Source: Candidatus Giovannonibacteria bacterium RIFCSPHIGHO2_02_FULL_45_13
GTDB lineage: Bacteria > Patescibacteriota > Minisyncoccia > UBA11713 > 2-01-FULL-45-33
NCBI GenBank assembly: GCA_001778635.1
Contig: MFHO01000001.1
Coordinates: forward strand, 1-46,652
Direction of reading: 5' to 3'
Length of the DNA stretch: 46,652 nucleotides
Part shown: piece by piece, positions 15,537-24,417 of the stretch
Numbering within the stretch: position 1 is the first letter of the stretch
Layout: each line of letters starts with the position of its first letter
Notes under the pieces: generated by a model
The model's input: only the letters and a program-made list of their open reading frames with translations
Told to the model about the DNA's origin: nothing
Databases searched by the model: none
Position numbers and translations under genes: made by a program

Positions 15537-16929
15537 GATAGCTTTATGGGGATTAGGTATTACCTTTTTATTTGTTGTTGTTTTTACTTTTGTTTATTTT
15601 AAATTTTTCAGAGAGAACAAATTTGCCAAATCGCTTTTTGTTTTTACTTTCCTCGCCATTTTTGTTGTAGCCATTTTAAAACTGACTATTTTCTATTTTT
15701 TTCCTTATGGATATGTTTCAGACAGATTGCCGTTTTATGCTGTACCCTCGCCCAAAGCACTCGGTATTTGGTGGATGCTCGGCGCCTTAGGGATTTTCTT
15801 TTTATTTTTAAAATTCAGGGAAAAAATTGAAAAACTCAATGCTTTTAAATTTCTTTTGACGCTTTATTTAATCTTTATCGCTTTTAGCATCAGCGTCGCT
15901 GCAATACGCGAGGGTTTTTACAGCGTTTATGAGCCATTTACACGCACGAGATGGGAGTATACAGGAGACATGCTTTTGGTAACGAGTATTCCTGAATTTT
16001 TACGGGACTATGTTGCTCTTCAGCCGAAATTGACCGTGCATGCCAGCGTGCACCCTCCCGGCTACACTCTTATTTTGTACTTTTTTCATCAGTATCTCGG
16101 CGCCGGATTCGCCGGCTTAGCTGTTTTGATCATCATGCTCGGTGGCTTTGTTATATTTCCACTGTACTATTTTTTAAAGAATTTTGCCACCGAAGACAAT
16201 GTTCGCAGAGGGCTTCAGATTTTTATTTTTGTGCCAAGCTTTGTCATGATGAGCGCAACATCCATGGAGGCGGCCTTTTTGTTCTTTTCTTGGCTGGCGA
16301 TTGCGATTCTTTACGAGGGTTGGAGGCGCGGCGCATTCTTGTCCTTTTTGGGCGGCGTGGCCGCTGCCCTCGCGCTTTTTTTAAATTATTTGTTTGCGCT
16401 TTTGGCCCCGCTATTTTTAATATTATTTTTCATGCTTTATAAGCGCGGGATTGTTACAAGAATCATTCCCACTTTTTTTGGGTTTTTGATGTTTTTCGCG
16501 GCGCTTTATTTATGGACAGGTTACTCCATAATTGAAAATTTTTTTGTTGCTCACGGCAGATTATACCACAACGTTGGGAGCAATTTTGAATCCGCAATGT
16601 TGTATCTGGCCTATTTTGTCATGAATATATCTGCCTTTGCCGTTTATTTGGGTTTGCCCAACATAAAGGCGCTGATTCGCGGGACGACAGATTTGTTGCG
16701 CGAAAATAATTTTATTGGTTCCTCCGGCGCAATAATAGTTACCTTAATTATTTTTTTGGGTTTATTTCAAGGAGAGGTGGAGAGGCTTTGGCTGTTTTTG
16801 ACGCCCCTTTTCATTTTGCCTTTAATTAGAGCTACAGAAAATTTTGATAAAACCCAATTTGCATCGCTTTTATCTTTATTGTTTTTCCAGATAATTCTTA
16901 CGCAAACATTATTTTATACATATTGGTAG
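15535..16929 (+). CDS. Polytopic membrane protein, probable GT-C-like glycosyltransferase
   Basis: About 12 hydrophobic helices. VHASVHPPGYTLILYF resembles the HPPL block of GT39/ArnT-type enzymes. Start is 15535 (or 15508). Either start overlaps the divergent GT2 start. Confidence 0.45.
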   Translation: MIALWGLGITFLFVVVFTFVYFKFFRENKFAKSLFVFTFLAIFVVAILKLTIFYFFPYGYVSDRLPFYAVPSPKALGIWWMLGALGIFFLFLKFREKIEKLNAFKFLLTLYLIFIAFSISVAAIREGFYSVYEPFTRTRWEYTGDMLLVTSIPEFLRDYVALQPKLTVHASVHPPGYTLILYFFHQYLGAGFAGLAVLIIMLGGFVIFPLYYFLKNFATEDNVRRGLQIFIFVPSFVMMSATSMEAAFLFFSWLAIAILYEGWRRGAFLSFLGGVAAALALFLNYLFALLAPLFLILFFMLYKRGIVTRIIPTFFGFLMFFAALYLWTGYSIIENFFVAHGRLYHNVGSNFESAMLYLAYFVMNISAFAVYLGLPNIKALIRGTTDLLRENNFIGSSGAIIVTLIIFLGLFQGEVERLWLFLTPLFILPLIRATENFDKTQFASLLSLLFFQIILTQTLFYTYW

Positions 16930-16935
16930 TTTTTT

Positions 16936-17874
16936 ATGGAACAGCGCAAAGTTTCCGTTGTTGTACCGGTGTTTAACGAAGGCTCTTCGCTGGGAGTTTT
17001 GCATTCAGAAATTTTAGATGTGTTCAAAAAAACGCGCGTGCCCTTCGAAATAATTTACGTTGATGACGGATCATTTGACAATACGTGGGAAATTTTAAGT
17101 AAATTACCGCAAGCCAGCGCTATAAGTTTGCAGAAAAACTTCGGTCAGACCGTTGCTTTGGCCGCTGGCATAGAAAGAGCCAGCGGAGATATTATTGTTA
17201 CTTTGGATGGAGATTTGGAAAATGACCCGAATGACATACCAGATCTGTTGGATAAATTAAATTCCGGATACGATATTGTTTCGGGTTGGCGCGTTGCCAG
17301 GTGGAGGGGGCAGTTTTTGACAAGAAAATTGCCGTCTATTTTGGCTAACGCGGCAATTTCTTATGTGACAGGCGCCAAGCTCCATGATCATGGTTGCACG
17401 CTCAAAGCGTATAAAAAAGAGGCGATAAAAAACTTGCAACTTTCAGGGGATGCGCACAGAATGCTTGCGGCTTACGCTTATTTATTTAACAAAGCGCGCA
17501 TTGCGGAATTGGCAGTGAATCACCGCGCGAGAAAGTTCGGCAAGTCGCATTACGGCCCGATGCGTTCGTTCAAGGTTTTAATGGATCTGCTGTCGCTTTC
17601 GTTTTTTCATCGTTACAGCAATAGGCCTATGTATTTTTTCGGCGGCGTTGGTTTCGTAAGCCTATTTTTAGCCCTTATATTTTTTTTAGACATGCTTTAC
17701 CGCAAATACTTTTTGGGAGTAAGTTTTATCCAAACCCCTTTACCGGTATTGGTTGCTCTTGGCGTTATGATTGGCGCGCAATTTATTCTAATGGGGCTTT
17801 TGGCCGAGTTTTTCCAATGGAAATTGAGTCGGCCGCTTTATTATCAAATTAAACAAGAAGTTATAAATAAATAA
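16936..17874 (+). CDS. GT2 polyprenyl-phosphate glycosyltransferase (GtrB/ArnC/CsbB-like, two C-terminal TM helices)
   Basis: VSVVVPVFNEGSSL, IIYVDDGSFDNT, NFGQTVALAAGI, VTLDGDLENDPNDIPDLL, IVSGWR, DHGCTLKAY, and a C-terminal hydrophobic pair (YFFGGVGFVSLFLALIFF / LVALGVMIGAQFILMGLL). Confidence 0.82.
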   Translation: MEQRKVSVVVPVFNEGSSLGVLHSEILDVFKKTRVPFEIIYVDDGSFDNTWEILSKLPQASAISLQKNFGQTVALAAGIERASGDIIVTLDGDLENDPNDIPDLLDKLNSGYDIVSGWRVARWRGQFLTRKLPSILANAAISYVTGAKLHDHGCTLKAYKKEAIKNLQLSGDAHRMLAAYAYLFNKARIAELAVNHRARKFGKSHYGPMRSFKVLMDLLSLSFFHRYSNRPMYFFGGVGFVSLFLALIFFLDMLYRKYFLGVSFIQTPLPVLVALGVMIGAQFILMGLLAEFFQWKLSRPLYYQIKQEVINK

Positions 17875-17878
17875 CAAC

Positions 17879-19720
17879 ATGTGTGGCATAACCGGTTTTT
17901 ACGGGGGCGGCACAAAATACACATTGGAAAAAATGACTTTGACGCTGAAGCACAGAGGGCCGGATGGCGATGGATTTTTTTTCGACGAAATTCAAAAAAT
18001 AGGCTTGGGTCACAGGCGACTTGCTATTATCGATTTAGAAAAAGGTGGGCAGCCGATTTTTAATGAAGACAAAACCGTCGCGCTCGTTTTCAACGGAGAG
18101 ATTTATAATTTTAGAGACTTGCGGAAAAATTTAGAGCAAAAGCATGTTTTTACAACAAACACGGATACGGAAGTTATCGCGCATCTTTACGAAGATCACG
18201 GAGCCGACTGCTTTAAATATCTCAATGGGATGTTCGCCATCGCTCTTTATGATTCCAAGAGCAAGGCTTTGATTTTGGCTCGCGATCGCATGGGTAAAAA
18301 ACCGCTCTATTGGGGTGTTTTTGGGAACTGCCTGCTTTTTGGTTCAGAACCCAAATCGCTGTTTGATCATCCTGCATTCAAAAAAGAGCTTGACTTGTAT
18401 TCATTAAATAAATATTTAAGCTATGAATACATTCCTACGCCTCACAGTATTTATAAGGGAGTCTACAAATTGGAGCCTGCGTCTTATTTGGTTTGGCATG
18501 GCGGCAGAGCAGACATTAAAAGTTTTTGGCATATCTCTTCCGGCGGCAGTAAATTGAGTTTTGAAGAGTCATTAAATCGGCTTGACGGGTTGTTTTCTGA
18601 GAGCGTGGAAATGCGCATGGTTTCCGACGTTCCTTTGGGCGTTTTTTTAAGCGGCGGCATAGATAGTAGTACAATTGCTTATTACGCGCAAAAAAACAGC
18701 TTGCAAAAAATTAAAACTTTTTCCATTGGTTTTGACGAAAAAAGTTTCGACGAGTCTGATTATGCCAAAGAGGTCTCCGAATGTTTGGGTACGGAACATT
18801 TCGAGAAAAAATTTGCCAGCAAAGATTTGATAAATTTAGTCCCTAAAATTTTTGATTTTTTGGATGAGCCATTGGCGGACGCTTCTATTTTGCCCACTTT
18901 TTTGCTTTCGCAATTCGCACGAGACAAGGTAACTGTTGCTCTCGGGGGCGACGGCGGAGATGAGCTTTTCTGCGGTTACGACACTTTTTTAGCCGAAGGC
19001 GCTGGCAGAGTATATGAAAACATTCCGATTGCGGTTAGACAATATTTTATAGAACCGATTATCAAAGCGCTGCCAACGAGCGATAACAATTTTAGTCTGG
19101 ATTTTAAATTAAAGCAGTTTTTGAGAGGGGCTGGCGAACTCGGCGGGCGCAGGCACATGCTTTGGTTGGGGAGTTTTAACGGCGAAGAGCGCGGCAGGCT
19201 GTTTAAACCGGATGTGTGGTCAGTGCTTAAAGATGAGGACGTGTTTGAAGGTGTTGATAAATACGCGAATCTAAACCATCTTTATTTAAGAACTTACATG
19301 ATGGACGGAGTTTTGGTGAAAGTTGATCGCGCAAGCATGGCCAATTCTTTGGAGATAAGGTCGCCATTTTTGGATTGGATGGTTGTGGAGTTCGCAAATT
19401 CTTTGCCGCAAAATTTTAAGCTTAAGCATTTTACTACGAAGTATATTTTAAAAAAAATAATGGCAAACAAACTCCCACAAGCTATTATTAAAAGACCCAA
19501 AAAGGGTTTTGGTATACCCATGGCCATATGGCTTAAAAATGATCTGCGGGCATTTTGTGACGAGATTTTGTCTAAAAGAAATATAGACAAATCGGGTCTT
19601 TTTAATTTTGAGTTTGTGAATAAATTAAAACAAGAACACTTCACGGGGAAGCGCGATAACCGCAAACAACTCTGGACATTAATGGTATTTCAAATGTGGC
19701 AAGATAAGTGGGGCTTATGA
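17879..19720 (+). CDS. asnB: Asparagine synthase (glutamine-hydrolysing)-family amidotransferase
   Basis: N-terminal nucleophile MCGITGF, HRGPDG, the ATP-PPase loop SGGIDSS, 613 aa. Confidence 0.9.
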   Translation: MCGITGFYGGGTKYTLEKMTLTLKHRGPDGDGFFFDEIQKIGLGHRRLAIIDLEKGGQPIFNEDKTVALVFNGEIYNFRDLRKNLEQKHVFTTNTDTEVIAHLYEDHGADCFKYLNGMFAIALYDSKSKALILARDRMGKKPLYWGVFGNCLLFGSEPKSLFDHPAFKKELDLYSLNKYLSYEYIPTPHSIYKGVYKLEPASYLVWHGGRADIKSFWHISSGGSKLSFEESLNRLDGLFSESVEMRMVSDVPLGVFLSGGIDSSTIAYYAQKNSLQKIKTFSIGFDEKSFDESDYAKEVSECLGTEHFEKKFASKDLINLVPKIFDFLDEPLADASILPTFLLSQFARDKVTVALGGDGGDELFCGYDTFLAEGAGRVYENIPIAVRQYFIEPIIKALPTSDNNFSLDFKLKQFLRGAGELGGRRHMLWLGSFNGEERGRLFKPDVWSVLKDEDVFEGVDKYANLNHLYLRTYMMDGVLVKVDRASMANSLEIRSPFLDWMVVEFANSLPQNFKLKHFTTKYILKKIMANKLPQAIIKRPKKGFGIPMAIWLKNDLRAFCDEILSKRNIDKSGLFNFEFVNKLKQEHFTGKRDNRKQLWTLMVFQMWQDKWGL

Positions 19721-20472
19721 AGGACGCGCACTACCAAACTATTTATGATACGGAGGTTTCGCATTGGTGGTACAGAGTGCGCAGAAAAATTGTGCATGAT
19801 TTAATTTGGAAATACTTCCCGCATGGTCGTGATCTAAAAATACTTGATATTGGATGCGGAGCATGTCTGCTCGCCAAAGAATTGGAAGTTTACGGCGAGG
19901 TAAGCGGGTTGGATGTTTCGCCAATGGCTATTGAGTTTTGCCGTGAACGCGGCGTTTTGCAAGTTGTGCATGGGAGCGCGGAACGTATTCCTTTTGGAGA
20001 TCGGTCGTTTGATTTGATTTTGGCATTGGATGTTATTGAACACATTGAAGACGATCGGCGAGCTTTGCAAGAAATTTACCGCGTTTTAAAGCCGGGCGGT
20101 GTGGCTATTATCTTTGCCCCGGCCTTCAACTTGCTTTGGGGCGTTTCCGACGAATTAAGCAATCATTATCGCAGATATACTATTAAAGAATTGCGTAAGA
20201 AAATTCGAGAAAGCGGTTTTGAAATAGCGCGTCTGTCCTATTTTAATTTTTTTCTTTTTGTTCCAATTGCTCTAGTGCGGCTGGCTGCCCGTTTGTTCAG
20301 GCTGTCAATAGAATCCGAAAACACCATTGGATCGGCGCTTATTAATTCCATGCTATATAAAATTTTTAATTTGGAATCCAAAATGCTTAAATATATAAAT
20401 GTGCCGTTTGGAGTATCGATTCTTGCGGTATGTCGCAAACCGCATTACAATAATACTGCACAAGATGATTAA
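19708..20472 (+). CDS. Class I SAM-dependent methyltransferase
   Basis: ILDIGCGACLL (motif I), ALDVIEHIEDD, VLKPGGVAIIFAP. Confidence 0.8.
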   Translation: MGLMKDAHYQTIYDTEVSHWWYRVRRKIVHDLIWKYFPHGRDLKILDIGCGACLLAKELEVYGEVSGLDVSPMAIEFCRERGVLQVVHGSAERIPFGDRSFDLILALDVIEHIEDDRRALQEIYRVLKPGGVAIIFAPAFNLLWGVSDELSNHYRRYTIKELRKKIRESGFEIARLSYFNFFLFVPIALVRLAARLFRLSIESENTIGSALINSMLYKIFNLESKMLKYINVPFGVSILAVCRKPHYNNTAQDD

Positions 20473-21322
20473 AGATCTAATAATCTCAATGCGTCCCAAG
20501 CAGTGGATTAAAAACCTGTTTCTTTTTGCCGCGATAATTTTCGTAAAACAGTTTACCGACGTTGAAAAACTCACCGCAGTGTTTGAGGCGTTTATGATTT
20601 TTTGCTTTGCCTCAAGCGCTGTTTATCTGATAAACGATGTTTGGGACGCGCCGTATGACAGGAGGCACCCGCAAAAGCGCTCAAGACCAATTGCTTCCGG
20701 CGTTTTCCCGGCGCTGGAAGCCGTTTTTGCCGCTTTGGTTTTCGGAGCCCTCGCGATTTTTTGGAGCTTTTACATAAATAATTTTTTCGCGCTGGCCGTA
20801 ATCGGCTATGTCGCTTTAATGCTAATGTACTCTTTTTACCTTAAGCGCCTGGTGATAGTGGATGTGATAGTTATCGCTTTGGGGTTTGTAATCCGCGTGA
20901 TTGCTGGCGCTGTAGCCATAAACGTCAGATTTTCCGAGTGGCTGATTCTTTCCACTTTTTTTCTGGCTTTGTTTTTGGCCGTGTCAAAAAGAAAAAACGA
21001 GCTCCAGCATGCGGATGAGACCGAAGCCAGGGCAGGTCTTGGACAATACTCTTTGGATCTTTTGGACCAAATGAATACAATTGTTTTGCCCTCCACCATA
21101 ATCACCTACGCTTTTTACACTTTCAGTTCCGAACACAGCAAATTGCTTATGATCACAGTTCCCATCGTGCTTTACGGGCTTTTTAGATATTTATTTTTGA
21201 TTAATACTAAAAGATGGAGCGATGATGGCCCGACGGATGATCTGCTTTCAGACAAAAATTTGACGCTCACCGTTTTTATCTGGCTGGCGGTGTCTGCCGC
21301 AATAATTCTTTATGCCGGATAG
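20465..21322 (+). CDS. UbiA-family polyprenyl-phosphate 5-phosphoribosyltransferase (DPPR synthase-like)
   Basis: N-terminus MRPKQWIKNLFLFAAIIF and the Asp-rich block YLINDVWDAPYDRRHPQKRSRPIASG match the decaprenyl-phosphate phosphoribosyltransferase subfamily pattern (NDxxDxxxDRxHPxKxxRPIAsG). About 8 TM helices. I moved the start to 20465, which overlaps the upstream stop by 8 nt. Confidence 0.75.
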   Translation: MIKDLIISMRPKQWIKNLFLFAAIIFVKQFTDVEKLTAVFEAFMIFCFASSAVYLINDVWDAPYDRRHPQKRSRPIASGVFPALEAVFAALVFGALAIFWSFYINNFFALAVIGYVALMLMYSFYLKRLVIVDVIVIALGFVIRVIAGAVAINVRFSEWLILSTFFLALFLAVSKRKNELQHADETEARAGLGQYSLDLLDQMNTIVLPSTIITYAFYTFSSEHSKLLMITVPIVLYGLFRYLFLINTKRWSDDGPTDDLLSDKNLTLTVFIWLAVSAAIILYAG

Positions 21323-21713
21323 CGAAAGGTTTTTTGAGGAGCTGGATATGCCGTGGTCGGGCGCTGTGATTTTTTTGGATGTTGACGGTACTTTACGGCC
21401 GGACGGAGAGAACGATATGAGTCCGGAAGTTTTAAGAAAATTGGATGAATTAAAAACAAAAAACACAGTTCATTTGGTTAGCAATCAAGACGGCAAGGCA
21501 AAAAAACCAAGCCGGAAAGTCGCGGATGGAACAGATATAGCGGGCAAGAAAGTCATAGTGATCGGCGATAAATTTTTAACGGACGGGCTTTTTGCCAAAA
21601 ATATCGGCGCGGAATTTATTAAGGTTAGGCGCAAAATATCAGGCCGCGAATCATTTTTTGTAAAAATTACTTATTTAATGGATGACTTGGCATGGAAAAT
21701 AAGCAATATTTAA
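21312..21713 (+). CDS. HAD-superfamily phosphatase (small, family IIIA/YqeG-like)
   Basis: Motif I FLDVDGTL, motif II LVSN, a conserved K (KKPS), motif III VIGDKFLTDG. The start could alternatively be 21348. Confidence 0.55.
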   Translation: MPDSERFFEELDMPWSGAVIFLDVDGTLRPDGENDMSPEVLRKLDELKTKNTVHLVSNQDGKAKKPSRKVADGTDIAGKKVIVIGDKFLTDGLFAKNIGAEFIKVRRKISGRESFFVKITYLMDDLAWKISNI

Positions 21714-22735
21714 TTACCGGCGGCTCCGGATTTTTGGGCATAAATTTGGTCAGGTTTTTGCTTGCAAAAAATCAGCGTGTAAGAGTTTTGGATATTGCGG
21801 ATTTTGATTATCCCGAAAAAAATAAAATTGAATTTAATTTAGGCGACGTCCGCGATAATCAGGCGATAGATAAAACAATGAGAGGCGTTGACGTTGTTGT
21901 GCATGCTGCTGCAGCCCTCCCGCTTTACTCGCGAGAAGACATTTTTTCAACGGAAGTTGAGGGCACAAAAAATGTTTTAGAAAGCGCAAAAAAGCACAAT
22001 GTTGACAGATTTATTCACATCTCAAGCACTGCGGTTTACGGCATTCCTGATCACCACCCGATTTATGAGAATGATAAACTTATTGGAGTGGGCCCCTACG
22101 GCGAAGCCAAAATCTTGGCAGAAGAGGAGTGTTTGAAAAAAAGAAAAGAAGGAATGGTTGTGTCCATTCTGCGCCCGAAATCTTTTATCGGCCCTGAGCG
22201 GTTGGGAGTTTTCGCGCTTTTTTACGATTGGGCAAGCGCGGGGCATAATTTTCCAATGATCGGCAGCGGCAAAAACCGCTATCAGCTTTTGGATGTTGAG
22301 GATTTATGCGATGCGATTTGGCTTTCGGCGACTTTGCCGAAAGAAAAAACCAATGACGCTTTCAACATTGGCGCCAAAGAATTTATGACGATGCGCGAGG
22401 ACTATCGGGCGGTTTTGGATCGGGCCGGATATGGAAAAAAAATAATCGGCTTTCCGGCGGCGCCGATGATTTTGGCTTTAAGATTTTTAGAGATTTTGCG
22501 CCTTTCCCCGCTTTACAAATGGGTTTACGAAACCGCAGGCAAAGACTCTTTTGTGTCAATAGAAAAAGCGGAGCGAGTTTTGGGGTATCATCCAAAATAT
22601 TCCAACAAACAGGCACTCATTCGCAACTACGAATGGTACTTGGCCAATATGGATAAATTTAAAGATCAATCCGGAATTTCCCACCGAGTGCCGTGGAAAC
22701 AGGGGATACTAAAAATCGCTAAGTATTTTTTTTGA
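21692..22735 (+). CDS. NAD-dependent epimerase/dehydratase (extended SDR)
   Basis: ITGGSGFLGINLVRFLL Rossmann motif and the catalytic YGEAK. Confidence 0.8.
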   Translation: MENKQYLITGGSGFLGINLVRFLLAKNQRVRVLDIADFDYPEKNKIEFNLGDVRDNQAIDKTMRGVDVVVHAAAALPLYSREDIFSTEVEGTKNVLESAKKHNVDRFIHISSTAVYGIPDHHPIYENDKLIGVGPYGEAKILAEEECLKKRKEGMVVSILRPKSFIGPERLGVFALFYDWASAGHNFPMIGSGKNRYQLLDVEDLCDAIWLSATLPKEKTNDAFNIGAKEFMTMREDYRAVLDRAGYGKKIIGFPAAPMILALRFLEILRLSPLYKWVYETAGKDSFVSIEKAERVLGYHPKYSNKQALIRNYEWYLANMDKFKDQSGISHRVPWKQGILKIAKYFF

Positions 22736-22739
22736 GTTT

Positions 22740-23390
22740 ATGAGCCACGCTGAATATTGTGGCCAATTTATAAAACCCGGCGGCAAGGTTTTGGATGTCG
22801 GCTCCGGCAGAGGCGATTTTTTGCGCGGGATGGCGAGTCTCGGGTTCGATGCGCGTGGAGTTGAGTCAAGCCCGGAGCGCATTTTTTCCGCCACAGGCGG
22901 AAAGGTTGTCCGGGCAAGCGCGGAAGATTTGCCGTTCCAAGATAATTATTTTGATTTTGTAAATTGCGCCGAGGTCAGCGAGCACGCTGACAATCCTGCA
23001 AAAATGCTTGCGGAAATTTTTCGTGTTTTGAAGTCGGGCGGGAAATGCTACATAAGTTTTCACAATCGTTGCGGCGTTTACGATTACCACTATCATTTAT
23101 ATTTTATTAATTGGATGCCAAGAGCGTGGACCGAGCCAATTTTAAAGTTTTTGGGAAAACAAAAAAAAGATGGTCAGGCGGGCCGTCAAAAATTAATTTC
23201 CATGCACTACTATACTTGCGGCAGAATTTTAAGGATGCTTCGCGATGCTGGTTTTTCTGCCGCAGATATTCGAGCGGAAAGAATAAAAAAAATCTCAGGC
23301 GTTTTTCATATTTTATTTTTATTTTTTTATTTCTGTTTGCTCCGCCCGTTTTATTTCAATACTTTCCACTTTCTGCTTGCTAAACCTTAA
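22740..23390 (+). CDS. Class I SAM-dependent methyltransferase with a hydrophobic C-terminal tail
   Basis: VLDVGSGRGDF, CAEVSEHADNP, VLKSGGKCYISF. The C-terminus is ILFLFFYFCLLRPFYF. Confidence 0.75.
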   Translation: MSHAEYCGQFIKPGGKVLDVGSGRGDFLRGMASLGFDARGVESSPERIFSATGGKVVRASAEDLPFQDNYFDFVNCAEVSEHADNPAKMLAEIFRVLKSGGKCYISFHNRCGVYDYHYHLYFINWMPRAWTEPILKFLGKQKKDGQAGRQKLISMHYYTCGRILRMLRDAGFSAADIRAERIKKISGVFHILFLFFYFCLLRPFYFNTFHFLLAKP

Positions 23391-23415
23391 TCCGGCCTGA
23401 TAAGTTATAAGAGAT

Positions 23416-24417
23416 ATGACTTTTCTTGTTACAGGCGGATGCGGTTTTATGGGATCAAATTTCATCCATTTTTTGTTTAAGAACCTTAATGGAGTCAAGG
23501 TTATAAATTTGGATTTGCTTACGTACGCCGGCATTAAAGAAAACCTGAAGAGTATTCCAGCAAAGCGCCACAGATTTGTAAAAGGCGACATTGCCGATAC
23601 AAATTTGGCGAGGCGATTAATGAAGCAAGCGGACTATGTGGTTAATTTTGCGGCGGAAACCCACGTGGATAGATCCATTCATGCAGGTTCGCATCAGTTT
23701 ATTCACACAAATATTTTTGGCGTACATTCACTTTTGGAAGCGCTGCGAATGTCTCCCAACATTAAAAAAATGATTCATATTTCAACGGACGAGGTGTGGG
23801 GTGATTTGGATTTAAAATCAAAAGAAAAATTTACCGAAGAATCGCCGCTTAGGCCGAATTCTCCGTATTCTGCTTCTAAGGCCGCAGGCGATCTGCTGGT
23901 CAGATCATATGTTAAAACATATGGATTGCCTGTAATCATTTCTCGTTCGGTAAATAATTTTGGGCCGAGGCAGCATCCGGAAAAATTGATACCGTTTTTT
24001 GCAATACAAACTGTGCAAAACAGACCACTGCCCCTTTACGGAGACGGCAAAAATGTCCGAGATTGGCTTTACGCTGACGATCACTCGGCAGCGGTTGCGG
24101 CGCTCTTAAAAAAGGGCAAGATCGGCGAAATCTACGCTGTTTCGCGGGGCCGGGAATATTCTAATTTGGAGATTGCTAGAAAAATATTAAAAACGCTGAA
24201 CAAGCCGGAAAGTTTGATAACTTTTGTGCAAGACCGGCCGGGGCACGATCGCCGTTATTCAGTTGACTCCTCAAAATTGAGGCGGCTTGGCTGGCGGCCT
24301 CGCCATTCACTGGATCAGCAATTAAAAAGCACTTTAATGTGGTATGCTCAAAACAACGGCTGGCTTAAGAGCGTTTTAAAGAAAAGTAGCAACATAAATC
24401 AGCATATAAAAACATGA
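23416..24417 (+). CDS. rfbB: dTDP-glucose 4,6-dehydratase
   Basis: VTGGCGFMGSNF, DLLTYAG, FAAETHVDRS, STDEVWG, YSASKAAGDLL, RPGHDRRYS. Confidence 0.9.
   Translation: MTFLVTGGCGFMGSNFIHFLFKNLNGVKVINLDLLTYAGIKENLKSIPAKRHRFVKGDIADTNLARRLMKQADYVVNFAAETHVDRSIHAGSHQFIHTNIFGVHSLLEALRMSPNIKKMIHISTDEVWGDLDLKSKEKFTEESPLRPNSPYSASKAAGDLLVRSYVKTYGLPVIISRSVNNFGPRQHPEKLIPFFAIQTVQNRPLPLYGDGKNVRDWLYADDHSAAVAALLKKGKIGEIYAVSRGREYSNLEIARKILKTLNKPESLITFVQDRPGHDRRYSVDSSKLRRLGWRPRHSLDQQLKSTLMWYAQNNGWLKSVLKKSSNINQHIKT

Noticed and set aside
20399-20464. Upstream track starts for the UbiA gene (20399), the methyltransferase (41246), the deacetylase (43632) and the KpsS-like gene (34602).
   Set aside because: The extensions overlap the preceding or divergent gene by 50-75 nt and add non-homologous residues. 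The internal Met codons (20465, 41294, 43692, 34548) give typical N-termini and short overlaps.
23280-23390. AT-rich, T-tract-rich 3' end of methyltransferase 22740-23390 as a non-coding spacer or terminator, which would imply an earlier stop.
   Set aside because: The frame stays open to 23390 and encodes a plausible hydrophobic tail, and no hairpin is evident. I kept it as coding.
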